Positions 48,701 to 60,700 of a stretch of DNA of 64,000 nt are shown here, piece by piece. A program made the position numbers and the translations under genes. The number at the start of each line of letters is the position of its first letter. Position 1 is the first letter of the stretch. Source of the stretch: Raillietiella orientalis (lineage: Eukaryota); the NCBI GenBank assembly GCA_036172245.1, contig JAYWIR010000049.1:248001-312000 (forward strand). Direction: 5' to 3'. The notes beneath the pieces were generated by a model. It saw only the letters and a list, made by a program, of their open reading frames with translations, made no database searches and had not been told where the DNA came from.

Positions 48701-51700
48701 CGAATTGCATTTTCCCTGAAGCTCCTCTTACAGAAGAAACAACGGAAGAAATGAAAGGTGAGACGTCCACCGTCTTCACGACCCGTCTGCTCGTCTATGT
48801 GACGGGGATGCTGTCCTTCCGGGCGACTCTTGGCTGCCGGTGGTACGATGAAACTCTTCCAGAGCAGCATTTTCGGAACGCTGGACGTGAGGCCGCCATC
48901 GGTCGTTTTTCGATTCGCTCCGACTGCTCCTCTGGCAGTTCCCTCGTGGCTTCCTCGTTGTCCTCGCATTCCTGCGCTACAAAGGACAACCTGCCTGTTG
49001 AGAGTTTGTCTCCAGAGCGTAAATGCAAGGCCAGTCCCCGGCAGTCGCTCCACTTCGGCTCCGCCTCTCCCAGTGCCTCTGCCGGATACCCAGAGCGGCA
49101 AGTGACCCCAGCAAGGTAACCGTTCCTTCGAGGCACACCTTCGCGCCAAGCATTGTCAAGGATGCGTCCTTAGTAGTCTTCTCATCTTTCGCGTCTTCTT
49201 ACTCGAAGAAGAGCGTGAGCACAGGGCGATGACATTCCCGTCTCCTGGGACCACGAGTGACTCCTTGGCCTTGGTTTGGACTCTGTTCCTGACCGGATTG
49301 ATATCTACGAGCTCCAATCGACCTCTTCCGGAGGCAGAACTTCACGCCGAGCATTGTCGAGTGTATGTTCTGAAGAGTCTTCCTTTCTTTCGCATCTTCT
49401 TACTAGAAGGGACACGTGACCCCAACACAATGGCATTCCCGTCTTCCTGGACCTGAGGTCTGGCTTCGGATTAGACTCCAGCCCTGGTAAGATTGATTGA
49501 CATCTACGAGTTCCAATCGATTTCTCCCGGTGGTATTGTTGAGGATGCCTCCTAAATAATCCTTCCTTCTTTCGCATCTTCTTTCTCAAAGAGATGCAAG
49601 TAGCTCCAGCACGATAAACTTCCCATCTTTCTGGACCACGAGGTCAGCCCCTGGCAAAGACTTGTTGGAAGCCACGAACTCCCTTGTTTCAAGGTAACTC
49701 TCGTGACCACGGTCATCAGCTCGTTATTTCTGATGATGGTCTCCGAACAGCCAGAGCATCATCACAGCATGATGAGTTGATGACCGTGGCCAGAAGGACC
49801 ACCCGGGAACATTGGAAGGTCCTAACTTAGAACCTATCTCTCATCGAGGCAGGTTTTCGGGGTTGGCATTGTTAAGGATTCGTCCTAAAAAATCTCATCT
49901 TTCATGTCCTCTTACTCGAAGGGGCACGTTCGTCACCCCAGCACCATGACCTTCCCGTCGAGACAGACTTTCGAGCCGTGTATTTTTGAGGATGCATCCT
50001 CAGTAGTCTTTCTATCTTTCGCATCCTCTTACTCACAAGGGCACGTACGTGACCCAGCACGAAGATCTTCCCTTCTCCCTGGACCACGAGGCGTGGCCTC
50101 CAATTAGAGTCCGCCCCTGGCACAGTCGGATTGGAAGCCAAGAACTCCCCGTGTTCCAAGGTGGTCCTCTTCACCTAATCCAATGGCCCTCCGTGTCATC
50201 CACTGCTCGAAACATGGTTCTTTCACGTGGTGACCGCGGGCTCGTCCTGAGGAGTATTCAAGGTGCCGCTTCCTGCTCGTGCGGTAGGTTGCCCGACTCG
50301 GGTGCTCCATTTCCGGGTGTGGCCGCAAATCCGTTACCTATTCAAGGAACACTCCTTGCTTCTTTCCCTTCCTCGAGTCTTCAGAGGGCTGGGGTTGGAA
50401 CGCGGTAATGACGCCAGCGCTGGGAGGCAAGTCAGGGCATCAGAGGCGCGGCACTCCAGGATTTATCGCCTCTACCAGCGTTGCGGAATGCTCGCATGAG
50501 GGACGGTCCGCACGCCTCTGCGAGGTTCCCATAACGACTAAACGTGCGCCTACACCCCGACAGAAATGGTTACTTACGCACGACGTGTATGATGACGGAA
50601 CTCGACACGGGGACGGGCCAGAGTTCGTTGATGGCGACGCAGCTAAGGTTGGAACCGTGGTGGAACCTCTGCAGGTTGCGGATGAAGACTGAGCTGCGTC
50701 TGAGGTGCAGGACAGCGTCCACTTCCGCGTATGTGCTCTTGAGAATCCTGGTTCCGTTCCACCACTCGAGCCGGACGTTGGGATGATCTGAAAGAGACGG
50801 GGAAGAGGAAATTGCGACTTCCCGCCTCGGTAGTCTTTGCTGCACTTCTTTGGCGAAGGCGGAAGTTTCTGCGGGTGACCCGACCAGTACCCGGAAGCAA
50901 AAAAACGCGAACGCCTGTCTGCCACCGTGGCGGTGGCAGAATGCAAAGAGGAAGTCGCCGTCTAGGTGGTCCATGGTCGAAGAGCACTTCCGCCGAACAC
51001 CGAGCGACCTCAGAACGTTTGCCACCGTTTGTGGCTAGCAGCACCAGAATTCCTGGAGAGACGTTTCAGCGTTGCAGCCATTTGGCCGACCTTAGCTTAG
51101 GACCACATCCTTTCGAGGATGATTATGCTCGGTGGCAGCCTCGTGCCGGTGCGGAGAACAACCGACACGTCTGACAGCCCTCCGGCCGGCAAGCACCCTC
51201 GCCTCGTCTGCATAGCGATGTCTAGCCGGCGTGCGCAACGCGCTGGCCGCGCGCCCGCCGGAGGTGTGGAAAGCGCACAAAAGTGCGGCGCCACCCTACC
51301 CTCAGCATCATCTCTTTCTGGAGAGTGGGAGAGACAGAGAACGAAGCGGGATGTCTCCCGCATCGTGAGCAGGTCACCGCAGAGCGGGTGACCTCAATCC
51401 CACCACATTTCGTGTTTGTTTCTTTGATTCGTCGTCTTCTCCCCTTTACGGGCGTGGCTGTGGACTCTTTGCTGACCTCTGCCCTACCTCTTCCCTCTCC
51501 AGCTGACCGTGACACTCCGAACTCGACCTTGGCTTTCAGCTGCCTCTCTTCGATGGGAGAAAAAAATTCGGGGAATGACCCGTTTTCCAAGAATCCTTAA
51601 CCTGACCACACAGCGCCTCAGAAAACCTCTATCGCTGCTTGACTGGGTCTTTCTTAACCTCTGCATGGTAGTGACTCGTCCGCAGGAGTCCTCTGACCTG

Positions 51701-54700
51701 ATTTCACTACGCCTCAAAACATCACTGTCGCGGCGTGACTGGTCTTTCTCAACCTCTACCACGGAGTGACCCGTCCTTCAGCAATCCTCTGTACTGGTGC
51801 GACCACGCATCAAAGCATCTTTGTCGCGACACGACAGGGTCTCTCTCTTAACCTGTACCTCGGGGTGATCCGTCCGAGCAATTCTACAACTTAGCGATAT
51901 TCTATGACCTGTCGCGGAGTGACTGGTTCTTATTAAGTTCTGAGTTGAGGTGAGCCGCTTTCAAGGAACCACTGACGTGAGATGACTAGCCCTTAAGAAG
52001 ACTCAGCGACCTAGGAACTCTTCAAAGCACACCGGCATTGCTGCTTCCATGCCACTAATCGGACGCTTCTTTCGCATGGTTGCTGTGCCCCAGTTCTGCT
52101 GATTTTCCGGTTTGTGCACTGAAGTAGACCTACAACTCGTCGAACCCTCTTCCCCCATGGTGGAGCAAGGCCATTCCTCTTCGCAGGAAAGATGGGTGCC
52201 ATCTGAGAAGTAAGGAGCAGAAAAGTGAACTTACATGTTCGCGCCTCGCACGTGATCTCGACGTCATCGCCTTCGTGGAAGAAGGTCCCATTGCCGACTC
52301 CAGTACTCGAGTAGTACGTGATCGGGATGTCCGGCAGTCCTGGGAACCAGGAAGAAGCAATGAATGTCCTCTCTTGTCCGAGATTCGAGGTCTGGGATTT
52401 AAGGATGGGTGCGAAAGAGGGCCAACCCCCGCGTGTTGCGCCGTCCCGGAGCAGAAAGAGTCCCAGGCATGATCTTCTCCTTCCGCCGCGTAGCGCCGAG
52501 TGTTACTTTTCTCTAATTTACCCCAATGCCCCCTGAGATGTCCTGAGACCGTTGACCTGGTCTCACCCCCAACTGGAGTGAAACCAGGTGCCTCCGACGA
52601 AAAACGCGACCTGCGCATACCACTCTTCCTCCTCGAGAAGGCTTCACTGAACCGCCACGAGCGCGACGGCGGGAAGGAGAACCTCCGGTCGTTCCGACTG
52701 CCGGTCTCCATGGTTTCCGACGCTCGTTCTCTCGGGTTCTTGCCCGTGGAGCCGAACTTCTGTGCACCGATCGGCTCGAGAAGAGAGGCGCAAGAGATGC
52801 CTCCTAGAGTCCCTTGTGAAGCTCTGGCTGGCCTCCAGGTGGTGCGGGGTTATTGGGGGATGAAGCCGGTGAGAGCAACCCTACGAGGAGATCTTTCTGA
52901 GATACTCCCATCGGTGTGAAGCGGGAAGTGGGGCAGACAAAGCTCAAGTGCCTAACGGAGCCATGGCGAGGTCATCTTTGCTCCGCTCCAGAAATCTTCC
53001 TGGAAAAAGATGCCGCTGGGAGCTGACTGCCGACCGAAGGAGGCACTATGAATTTTGGCCCGAGGAATTGCCTGCAGACAGAGGCCACAGGGAAAGAGAA
53101 CGACATGGTCCAGGGCCCAGGAAGCTAGTCCGTGCCTACCACGGAGCTTCTGATGTTCTCTCTCTTCCAGGACGTCGAACTGCCCTTGTCTCTTCAGGAG
53201 AGAATCGTCCAATGTCTTCGGATGCTGCAGGCACTTTGAGATATTCCAAAGTCCCCGAAAGATCGAGAATCCACCGGCATGACTGTCAGGAAGAGCAGTA
53301 CAAGAAGTCCCTCTGCAATGCATTCCAGGTAGCAGCATTCGGGTGCCTGCGCTGACGTGTGCTACAGCCACTGGGAGGAAGGTGCGAGAACAGTCCAGAA
53401 GAGGTCAAGCGAGCGAGGGAGCCATACCGCATGGAATTCCGGGAGACTCGAACGAAGGAAATCTCCTTCCTAGGAAGGTTTATGGAGGAGTGGTGCGATC
53501 CATCCGGGCAAAGGGTGAACTTCCAGTGAAACGCAAGAGGGTTTCCAGTATCGCACCAACTGTTCCCTTGCTGTTGTCGAATATCAAACGAGCAGCCAGC
53601 AAAGAATGGAAAGTCAGCCTCTGAGAGCCTTTTTCGTTCCTCCCAGGGTTCTTTGGCTTTGTTCTTGACCGGTTGTTTGAATTTGTGAGTGGCAGGAAGC
53701 ACGGAGGAATGCCAGGAAACGAGCAGAAGAGGAAGACACGGGGTTACGCTGCGAAGCCAGAAACTGCTTGTCCAAAGACCACGAAGCGCATCCGCTCCGC
53801 AAAGATCGGTTGTTCTGCACTCTGCAGTCGTTCTGCGACAGCCAACCCGCCGCATGCGGAAAAACAGAGAGCAGGACAGTCCACAGAGAGAGTGGTTCCA
53901 CAGAGAGGAACATCACTCATCTCGAGGTGCGAGAAACGAGGTCAGCCGACCGATGTCGACCGGAGGTTTCGATCGCGTCGCCCGGATCCAGGAGATCCCG
54001 TATCCTTCCGCTTTCTCCCCGTGTTTTCTCGGCTGCGAGCGGGTCCACAGAATTGGCATCCAAGGAACATCGCCCTCTCGCCTAGTGAGAAGCAAGGAAT
54101 CGTAGAGATCGCTCTGTCTGGCTCCCCCGGAAGAGTGCGGAGGACCGATCGCTTGGGACAGACCACGCGTCTGTGTGACGGAGACCGCGAAGTGGATGCT
54201 GAATGGCGGTGCTACCTATTTATCCGTCCCGTCCCTCGCGGCGACGGAGACAAGTCTTCTGCCTCCTTTCCTCCTGGAATGGTCGAGAATGGACGAGCGA
54301 TAGGAACGGAGTTTACCACAGGGCACAACGCAACACCACGGGAATGCAGCTCGATCCCCCATGAGAAGAATGTTATGGGAACACGCTTTCCGCGTTGTCG
54401 TCCAGGATCCGACAGGGTGGAAATTTCCCCTCTCGGAGGCAAGCGAAGTGACAAAAGGTCGTCGGAGACCCTCTCCGACCGAAACTCCGGAGGAACCACT
54501 GCTCTGCTGTCCCCTGGGTTTCACCGAACGAGCAGACCCAAGACTGCCCGGCAGCTGTCACGCCGTGTTACAATCTCCTCGCTTGAGGATGACGGCGGCT
54601 GCTCTCTGGACCGCTCGAGTTGAGATGTCTTCCGATGGAACTCCCCCAGGGCAGTCGATCGGTGATGAAAAAGTCCGTGTATTCAGGAGGCACGTCCGCA

Positions 54701-57700
54701 GGCGAAGACATATATTGGTGATCGATCTCCAGTAAGTCCGAATCTCACGTCCCAATTCTCTATTTTTATTTCTATTTTTTTTGTTCCTTTCTGTAAGCAG
54801 AGAGACTCGCGAATGCGATAAATTGCAAAAGGAGCACGAAAACACGACTACTTAGGCGTCTGCCGAGGGAACACAGAGATCATGAAAGCCAGGTTAAAGG
54901 TCCGACGGACGAATCCCTATGAGGTCGCTACTGGCCTCAATATGATGAACATCCTTTTGGGTCCTTCTGTTTTTGCTGTTTTCCTTTTGGCTGTTTTCTT
55001 TTTGAGAGGGTAGATTTCCAAGGAAGGAAGAACCGTTCTCTATCTTACGCGGAGCTCACGAAGCTCTTAAAGCACCGCCCACGCCACCAAGGGCTGAGTG
55101 CAACTCTTCAAATTCGGAAATAATCCTGGAGGGACAACCCTACGAATTCAGGAAGGCTCCGAAGAAAGGAGTCCGTGGAGAGGGAATCACCAAGGAAACC
55201 TCTTCCTTATTCTCTCTGGAGCGGTCCCTCGAAGAGGTCGGTGGGACTACTCCGCGTTTCTTCTCCGGAGGAAACTCGGAAAAGATCCGCTCCTGGAATT
55301 CATAGGCGATCTGGAGGTCCCCCCTGCACGGGAACCGTTCCTTGCTTCTCCCTTCTCTGAAGCCAACCCGAAGGCACTGTTCCCAGCGCGCAAATGACGA
55401 AAGCTCTGATGGCAGATTCATTGGATGGGGTTGCTTTTGCCTGCGGTTTCTCTGTACGTGCCGATAACTCAGGAACGAAACTGAACTGACAGCAACAGCC
55501 TCTGTTTTCCTCCCCCTCGTTCGGTGCACCACGCCGTTTCTTCGAGACGGGAGAGCTCGGCATTTGACGTCATCACTATGCAGATGAGGAAGCACGGGAG
55601 ACTTGAAAAGTTCTCGAGGAGTGGACGAGATGAAGGAATACAGAGCTGTTGCAGAATTCAATGAAGGTTCCTCCGCATCTTCATGATGGTGCAGCACACC
55701 CTGATGTGAAAGGTTCGTCTGAGAATCCTCCTGGATTTTCTACCTGTCAGCATAGCATCCCTGCTGTAGGCGATGAATATGCAAACCACCGAGAATTTGA
55801 GCACGCGGTGCCGCAGAGAGCTGGTGCACTGCACCTTCGAGCCATCGAGGAAACTCTGCTGCCTTTTTCTTCAGCCTCATTGGCTTTGTCCACTGACCCG
55901 GCATGATCGGCAAGAGCAGTTCGCCGCCGCGATGGGTTCAAAATCTTCTTGCTTTTTCAAGAAACACAATACTGAACCGTTTGCCCGCTTCGGTTTCAAG
56001 CATTCGGTCGGGAACTTATCGGAAAGCGAGCCGGAAAGCCTTTTCGAACCGAAGCGAGTTGGGATGTGCGAAGAGCCACAAGGTACCAAGGATCACGTGG
56101 AAGGTCACCACGGTGTAAAGGATTTCAAGGGCTCCCAATCCTTGAAAGGACCTCGCAGAGACACCGAAGCGGGGAACTGGAGGCTGAGGAAAGTGTAGAA
56201 GGCGACAGATGCAAGGTCACGAGCAGGTGACTGAAGACGATGCGATGCAATCCATTGTTGGGCCACGGCGCTGCTCTGTGCAAGAAGGCAGCAAAGATGT
56301 CCGCCATCCTTGCAAAGTGGCCGTGCGGGTTTTCTTCACTAGCAGCCAATCGAGAGAACATGGCAAGATGCATTCCTCTACAGCCGAATTTCCTTGATGA
56401 AAGTCATAAACTGGATAATAAAAACTGGATGAATTCCTCCGAGTCAGAGACCATCACGAGTAGGCCAGGTGTACACGAACTCTAGAGATACGGCAAATAT
56501 TCTTCCCTTATTTGCCATGTGATTTCCTGTCATAGCCTTGTATGTAAGGACTTCAAAAAGGTAGCAGACAGTGGGCGTCCCTCGAACGTGATGCAGATAC
56601 TGACAGTGAGGAAAACGGAAGCATTTCAACACGAGCTTCGTTTAGACGTGGCACAAAAAAAGGTGTTCACTCTGTTACGCAGCACACACACAAGCTGCTG
56701 CTCAGTGCAACGTTGGTTTTCCCCTTTTCTACACCTCGCTCTCCAGGAAGTCAGCCCAGATTCAAATGAGTGCAAGAAGCGGAATCTACTGAAGCTCACT
56801 GGAGCGACACAAGAACAGTCGTTTTAAATGTTAGTGGTTTTCGACGGTGCTCCCGTGTGTTGTCTTTTATGCTGAACGCAAAACGCAAACGGTCGCGGAA
56901 CTCTCTGATGCTAAGTGAGAGGCTCAGCATTCAACCGACGAAGAATATCAAGGTCGTGCCTGCTCACGATTATCAGACATTGAAATATGAGGAACAAGAC
57001 TTGTGGCACACGAAGAACAGTACCTCGAAGCACACGAAGGATAAGACATACGGGCATGCGAAGGATTGGAGGTCGTCGGAATGAAGGATACGTCATGCGG
57101 GCATGAGAAGGATTGGAGGTCGCAGCACATGAAGGATACGGCATATCGGCATGCTAAGGATTGGAGGTCGCCGAAATGAAGGAAGCAGTGAACAAGACTC
57201 TTGAAGTTGGGGTTGGTGTTTATTTGGAGTTCATTGAGGGTTAGATTATGAAATTATTGATTTTCATTTTGTGATGATATTTAAAAATTCTAAAAAATAT
57301 TTAAGTGAAACACACACATTGGCCACACGAGGGGACATTCTTTGAGTTTTATAACGTTCAGCTCTTGAGCCACAGTTGCAAAACCGACTCGAGTCTGGTG
57401 GAAAATTTGCAGTGGTCGCCTCCATACCAGCATCCGAAAAGCATCAGATCCCATGAGGATTTATTTGGAATCATCGACGTTCGGCAGGCTTTCCGGGACA
57501 GTCTGAAAGCGAAACCATGCCCAACCGCTGCTTGCCATCGTGGGTATACCCACCCAAGGGAAAACGGAATTCACTCAGAGGAAACAGGATTCCTAGAAAA
57601 GGATTTTCCTCCCTCCGTGTCGAGTTTTGGATATGCGATAAGCAAAGAGCTTCGCGAGTCCCAAGAAAAATTCCGGAAGGAACATCGTCTTGTAGGAGGC

Positions 57701-60700
57701 TAGAAGGCGCATGAGATGGAGGCCAATGAAATCGAGCAGACGACACGAGACCGGGAGTCGTTTTTCGCTGGTCAGCACACGTAGTACGCCTAGAGTACTC
57801 GATTCACAAGAGATCCGCTCCCTATTCTCCTTTATTTATATAGAGAAACCGAACTCATTGTAATACACGTGTGCATAGAGTCTATTTTCGAATGGCAGGC
57901 AGTTTCTTCTTGCTTTTTCCTACCATCAGTTACTTTCATCTTGATTAATTCAGGAACTAATCCCCTAGAATCGGAATCACACTGTGAATAAATATCTACT
58001 ATGCATTGTAACCATTAATAGATCACGGGGCCCAAACGAATTGACTGCCGTGTACGAGGAGGATTGCGCGGTTTTCGGGGATCGCTTCCATCCGATGGAA
58101 AACTGGTGCCCTCGGCTTGGCTGCGGGATAACCGGAAGGATCGATTCAACAGTCAGGGATGCAGTGAGGATTCGAATCAAGAAGCATCAAGATAATAAAG
58201 CAAAAAGTACTTATGACGTCGAGAATTATTTTGCTGTATCTGGTCGGACTCCTTTTGAAGTCAACTCTGCATATGTAGACCCCGGAATCTTCGAGAGCTA
58301 CGTTTTCGAGAAAAATCACAGGGAAATTTTGAAGCAGGGAAATTCTAATCCGGTTTCCTTTGTAGGTGGTGAACCTCGTGGAATTTCTCTTTGTCTTACT
58401 GTATCTTCTGTCAAAGCTACAAAGCAACATGGATATTTTAAAATTAGGTACGACGCTCACGGTTCGAATACCAATGCTCATACAACTTTAGTAAGGAGAC
58501 TGTTGATTGCTTAGGAGCTTAAATATAGAACCTCAGATTCGTTCTTTGTACTCAAAGCGCTTATTTTCTCACGTCAAATCCCAGGTACTCGTAAAACGTC
58601 TGGAAAAAGCGTGTACCATCTCCGAATAACGCGTCATTTTTCATAGCCTCTGAGAAAAGAAAATCAATGAACTTTTGTTGTACGAGTGAATAAAAGGAGG
58701 ATTGAATATTTATGGATCTTTGACTGCTGAGAGTTGATGGCTAAAGTTGGTGAGCAAATCATCGAGCTATTTCCTCGCATGAACATTGGGAACACTGGTC
58801 CAGTTTTTAAAAGTTTCGTTTCAGAATTCATAAGGAAAGAATGAGCATAAACACGTTTCAAAACCAATGCCACTGCGCACTTGGTGGGTTTTAGGAGATT
58901 TTGTTGATAGCTAGGGAAGTCCATCATTCACGATTCCGTCGAGATTTGGCGGAAAGTGGCAAAATCAGAGTGGTAATCTCAAATTAATTATCACCAGGTA
59001 ACGCGAGCAACCATTCGAGCGTCCAAGGATCAAAATAAGGAAATACGACTGGTCACCAGTGACTGTGACTGCGTTTGTCACTGATACAGCGACTATAATG
59101 GTCACCGTAATTGTCGTCAATGATGTCCATATAATTGGCCACCTCAATCGGTCACCGTAATTGTCGTCAGTGATGTCCATATAATTGGCCACCTCAATCG
59201 GTCACCGTAATTGTCGTCAATGATGTCCATATAATTGGCCACATCAATCGGACACAGTAATTGTCGCCAATAATATTAATATAACTGATCACATATTTTC
59301 AATCGGGAATTGCACGGATACTTTGAAAGCGGATGAGATTCATGCGTTCGAATACGAATGCCGATTCTGAAGAGCGCCTCTCATGTCGGTTCCCGATTCA
59401 CCTGATCTCCGGAACGAGGCAGGCACGTAGGTCTTTGTTATGGGTTACACTATAGCATCCGGATGCCCTGAACCTCGAATTCGAGAGGCACCTCTGAGGG
59501 CGCAAAAGAGTCGCGAGAACACCTTTCGATCGTGCTGCGCTCGTGCTCAAGAGAATGGGTTCCGACTCCACCTGAAAAGTGACTTCCGAGGGAACATTTA
59601 TGGCAATCAGGAGTCACTCGCTTCCCGCGAGCGAACGCGAACGAATCGTCAAGCCGGTTGAACTGCATCTGTGGGGTTTCGGTTCTTTTACGTAATGGCG
59701 AATTGTCAAATTTCCTGAGAGTGCAACCATCCGAGCTCGGTTTTTCTGGACCTCTCCGCACCGCGAGAAATCCCCTTTCTCTGATATCCCTATCCTTAAG
59801 AAATTTCCTTCATTCTGGATTCTTCTTGCCACGTGGCAAAGATGGCAACTTATAGTAAGATGACCTGTTGCTTTTAGTTTATGAGCTTACGCATTCCCTT
59901 TCTCTCGAGTTTCGGCTTTTCCGATCCCTGTGAAAGGTTCCATCTACATAACCAAAGGGAGGCTTCGAGAGCGAAAGAGATTTTCTTCCCTTCCCCTCAA
60001 TGGCAACAGCAAGAATTCGAGAACACGTGTGGAGGAAGAGCATGTGCATCCCCAAGGCTGAACACCCAGCAGAGTCAAACGTCCGTTACCACGTAATTTC
60101 CATCCGCTCGGATCCATCGCACGAGGAGCTCGGGGAAAATTAATTCGTGGGAAATGGACGCATGCGCGTAGGGATGTATTAGTGGAGAGCGCAAACTGAG
60201 AATAGCCAACTCAGGCCAAAATGCAAATTGATTGCTTTATCTTCCAAGCTGCCCAAGAATTCTCCAAGGCTGCAAGAATGCTAGACTGGAGTTTGAAAAA
60301 GGCTTGGATGATAAGCAGCTGACGAACAAGTGAAGATTTAGCAGTAGCTGTTAAGCGCACACTTAGGCACGGAATATCAAGATAATCCATATTTTCTCCG
60401 TCGCTGAGTCGGAAGAATCCTTGCGCCGAGAACCTCGATGATACGATCGGAGGAGACGCTCGCTTATGCAGTACGTTTCGTCCCTGAAACTTCTTCAGAT
60501 CACCCGGTTTCGTAGGCAACTGACTCTGACGGGCTGCGTGGAGACAACGTGGCAAATATACCATGAAACCATGCCGGGACTTCTTGTGCTCTCCCCAAGC
60601 GTCCCAAAAGAAAAAAAAGAAAGAAAAATCCACTGCCCATTACCGGTGTATGCTCTCTGCTCAAGAACAGCGCGAATCTGAACACAAAGTCTTATCTTCG

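Noticed and set aside
59101..59306. Possible CRISPR array
   Set aside because: The 50-bp units are contiguous with no unique spacers, there are no cas genes, and the context is a eukaryotic intron.
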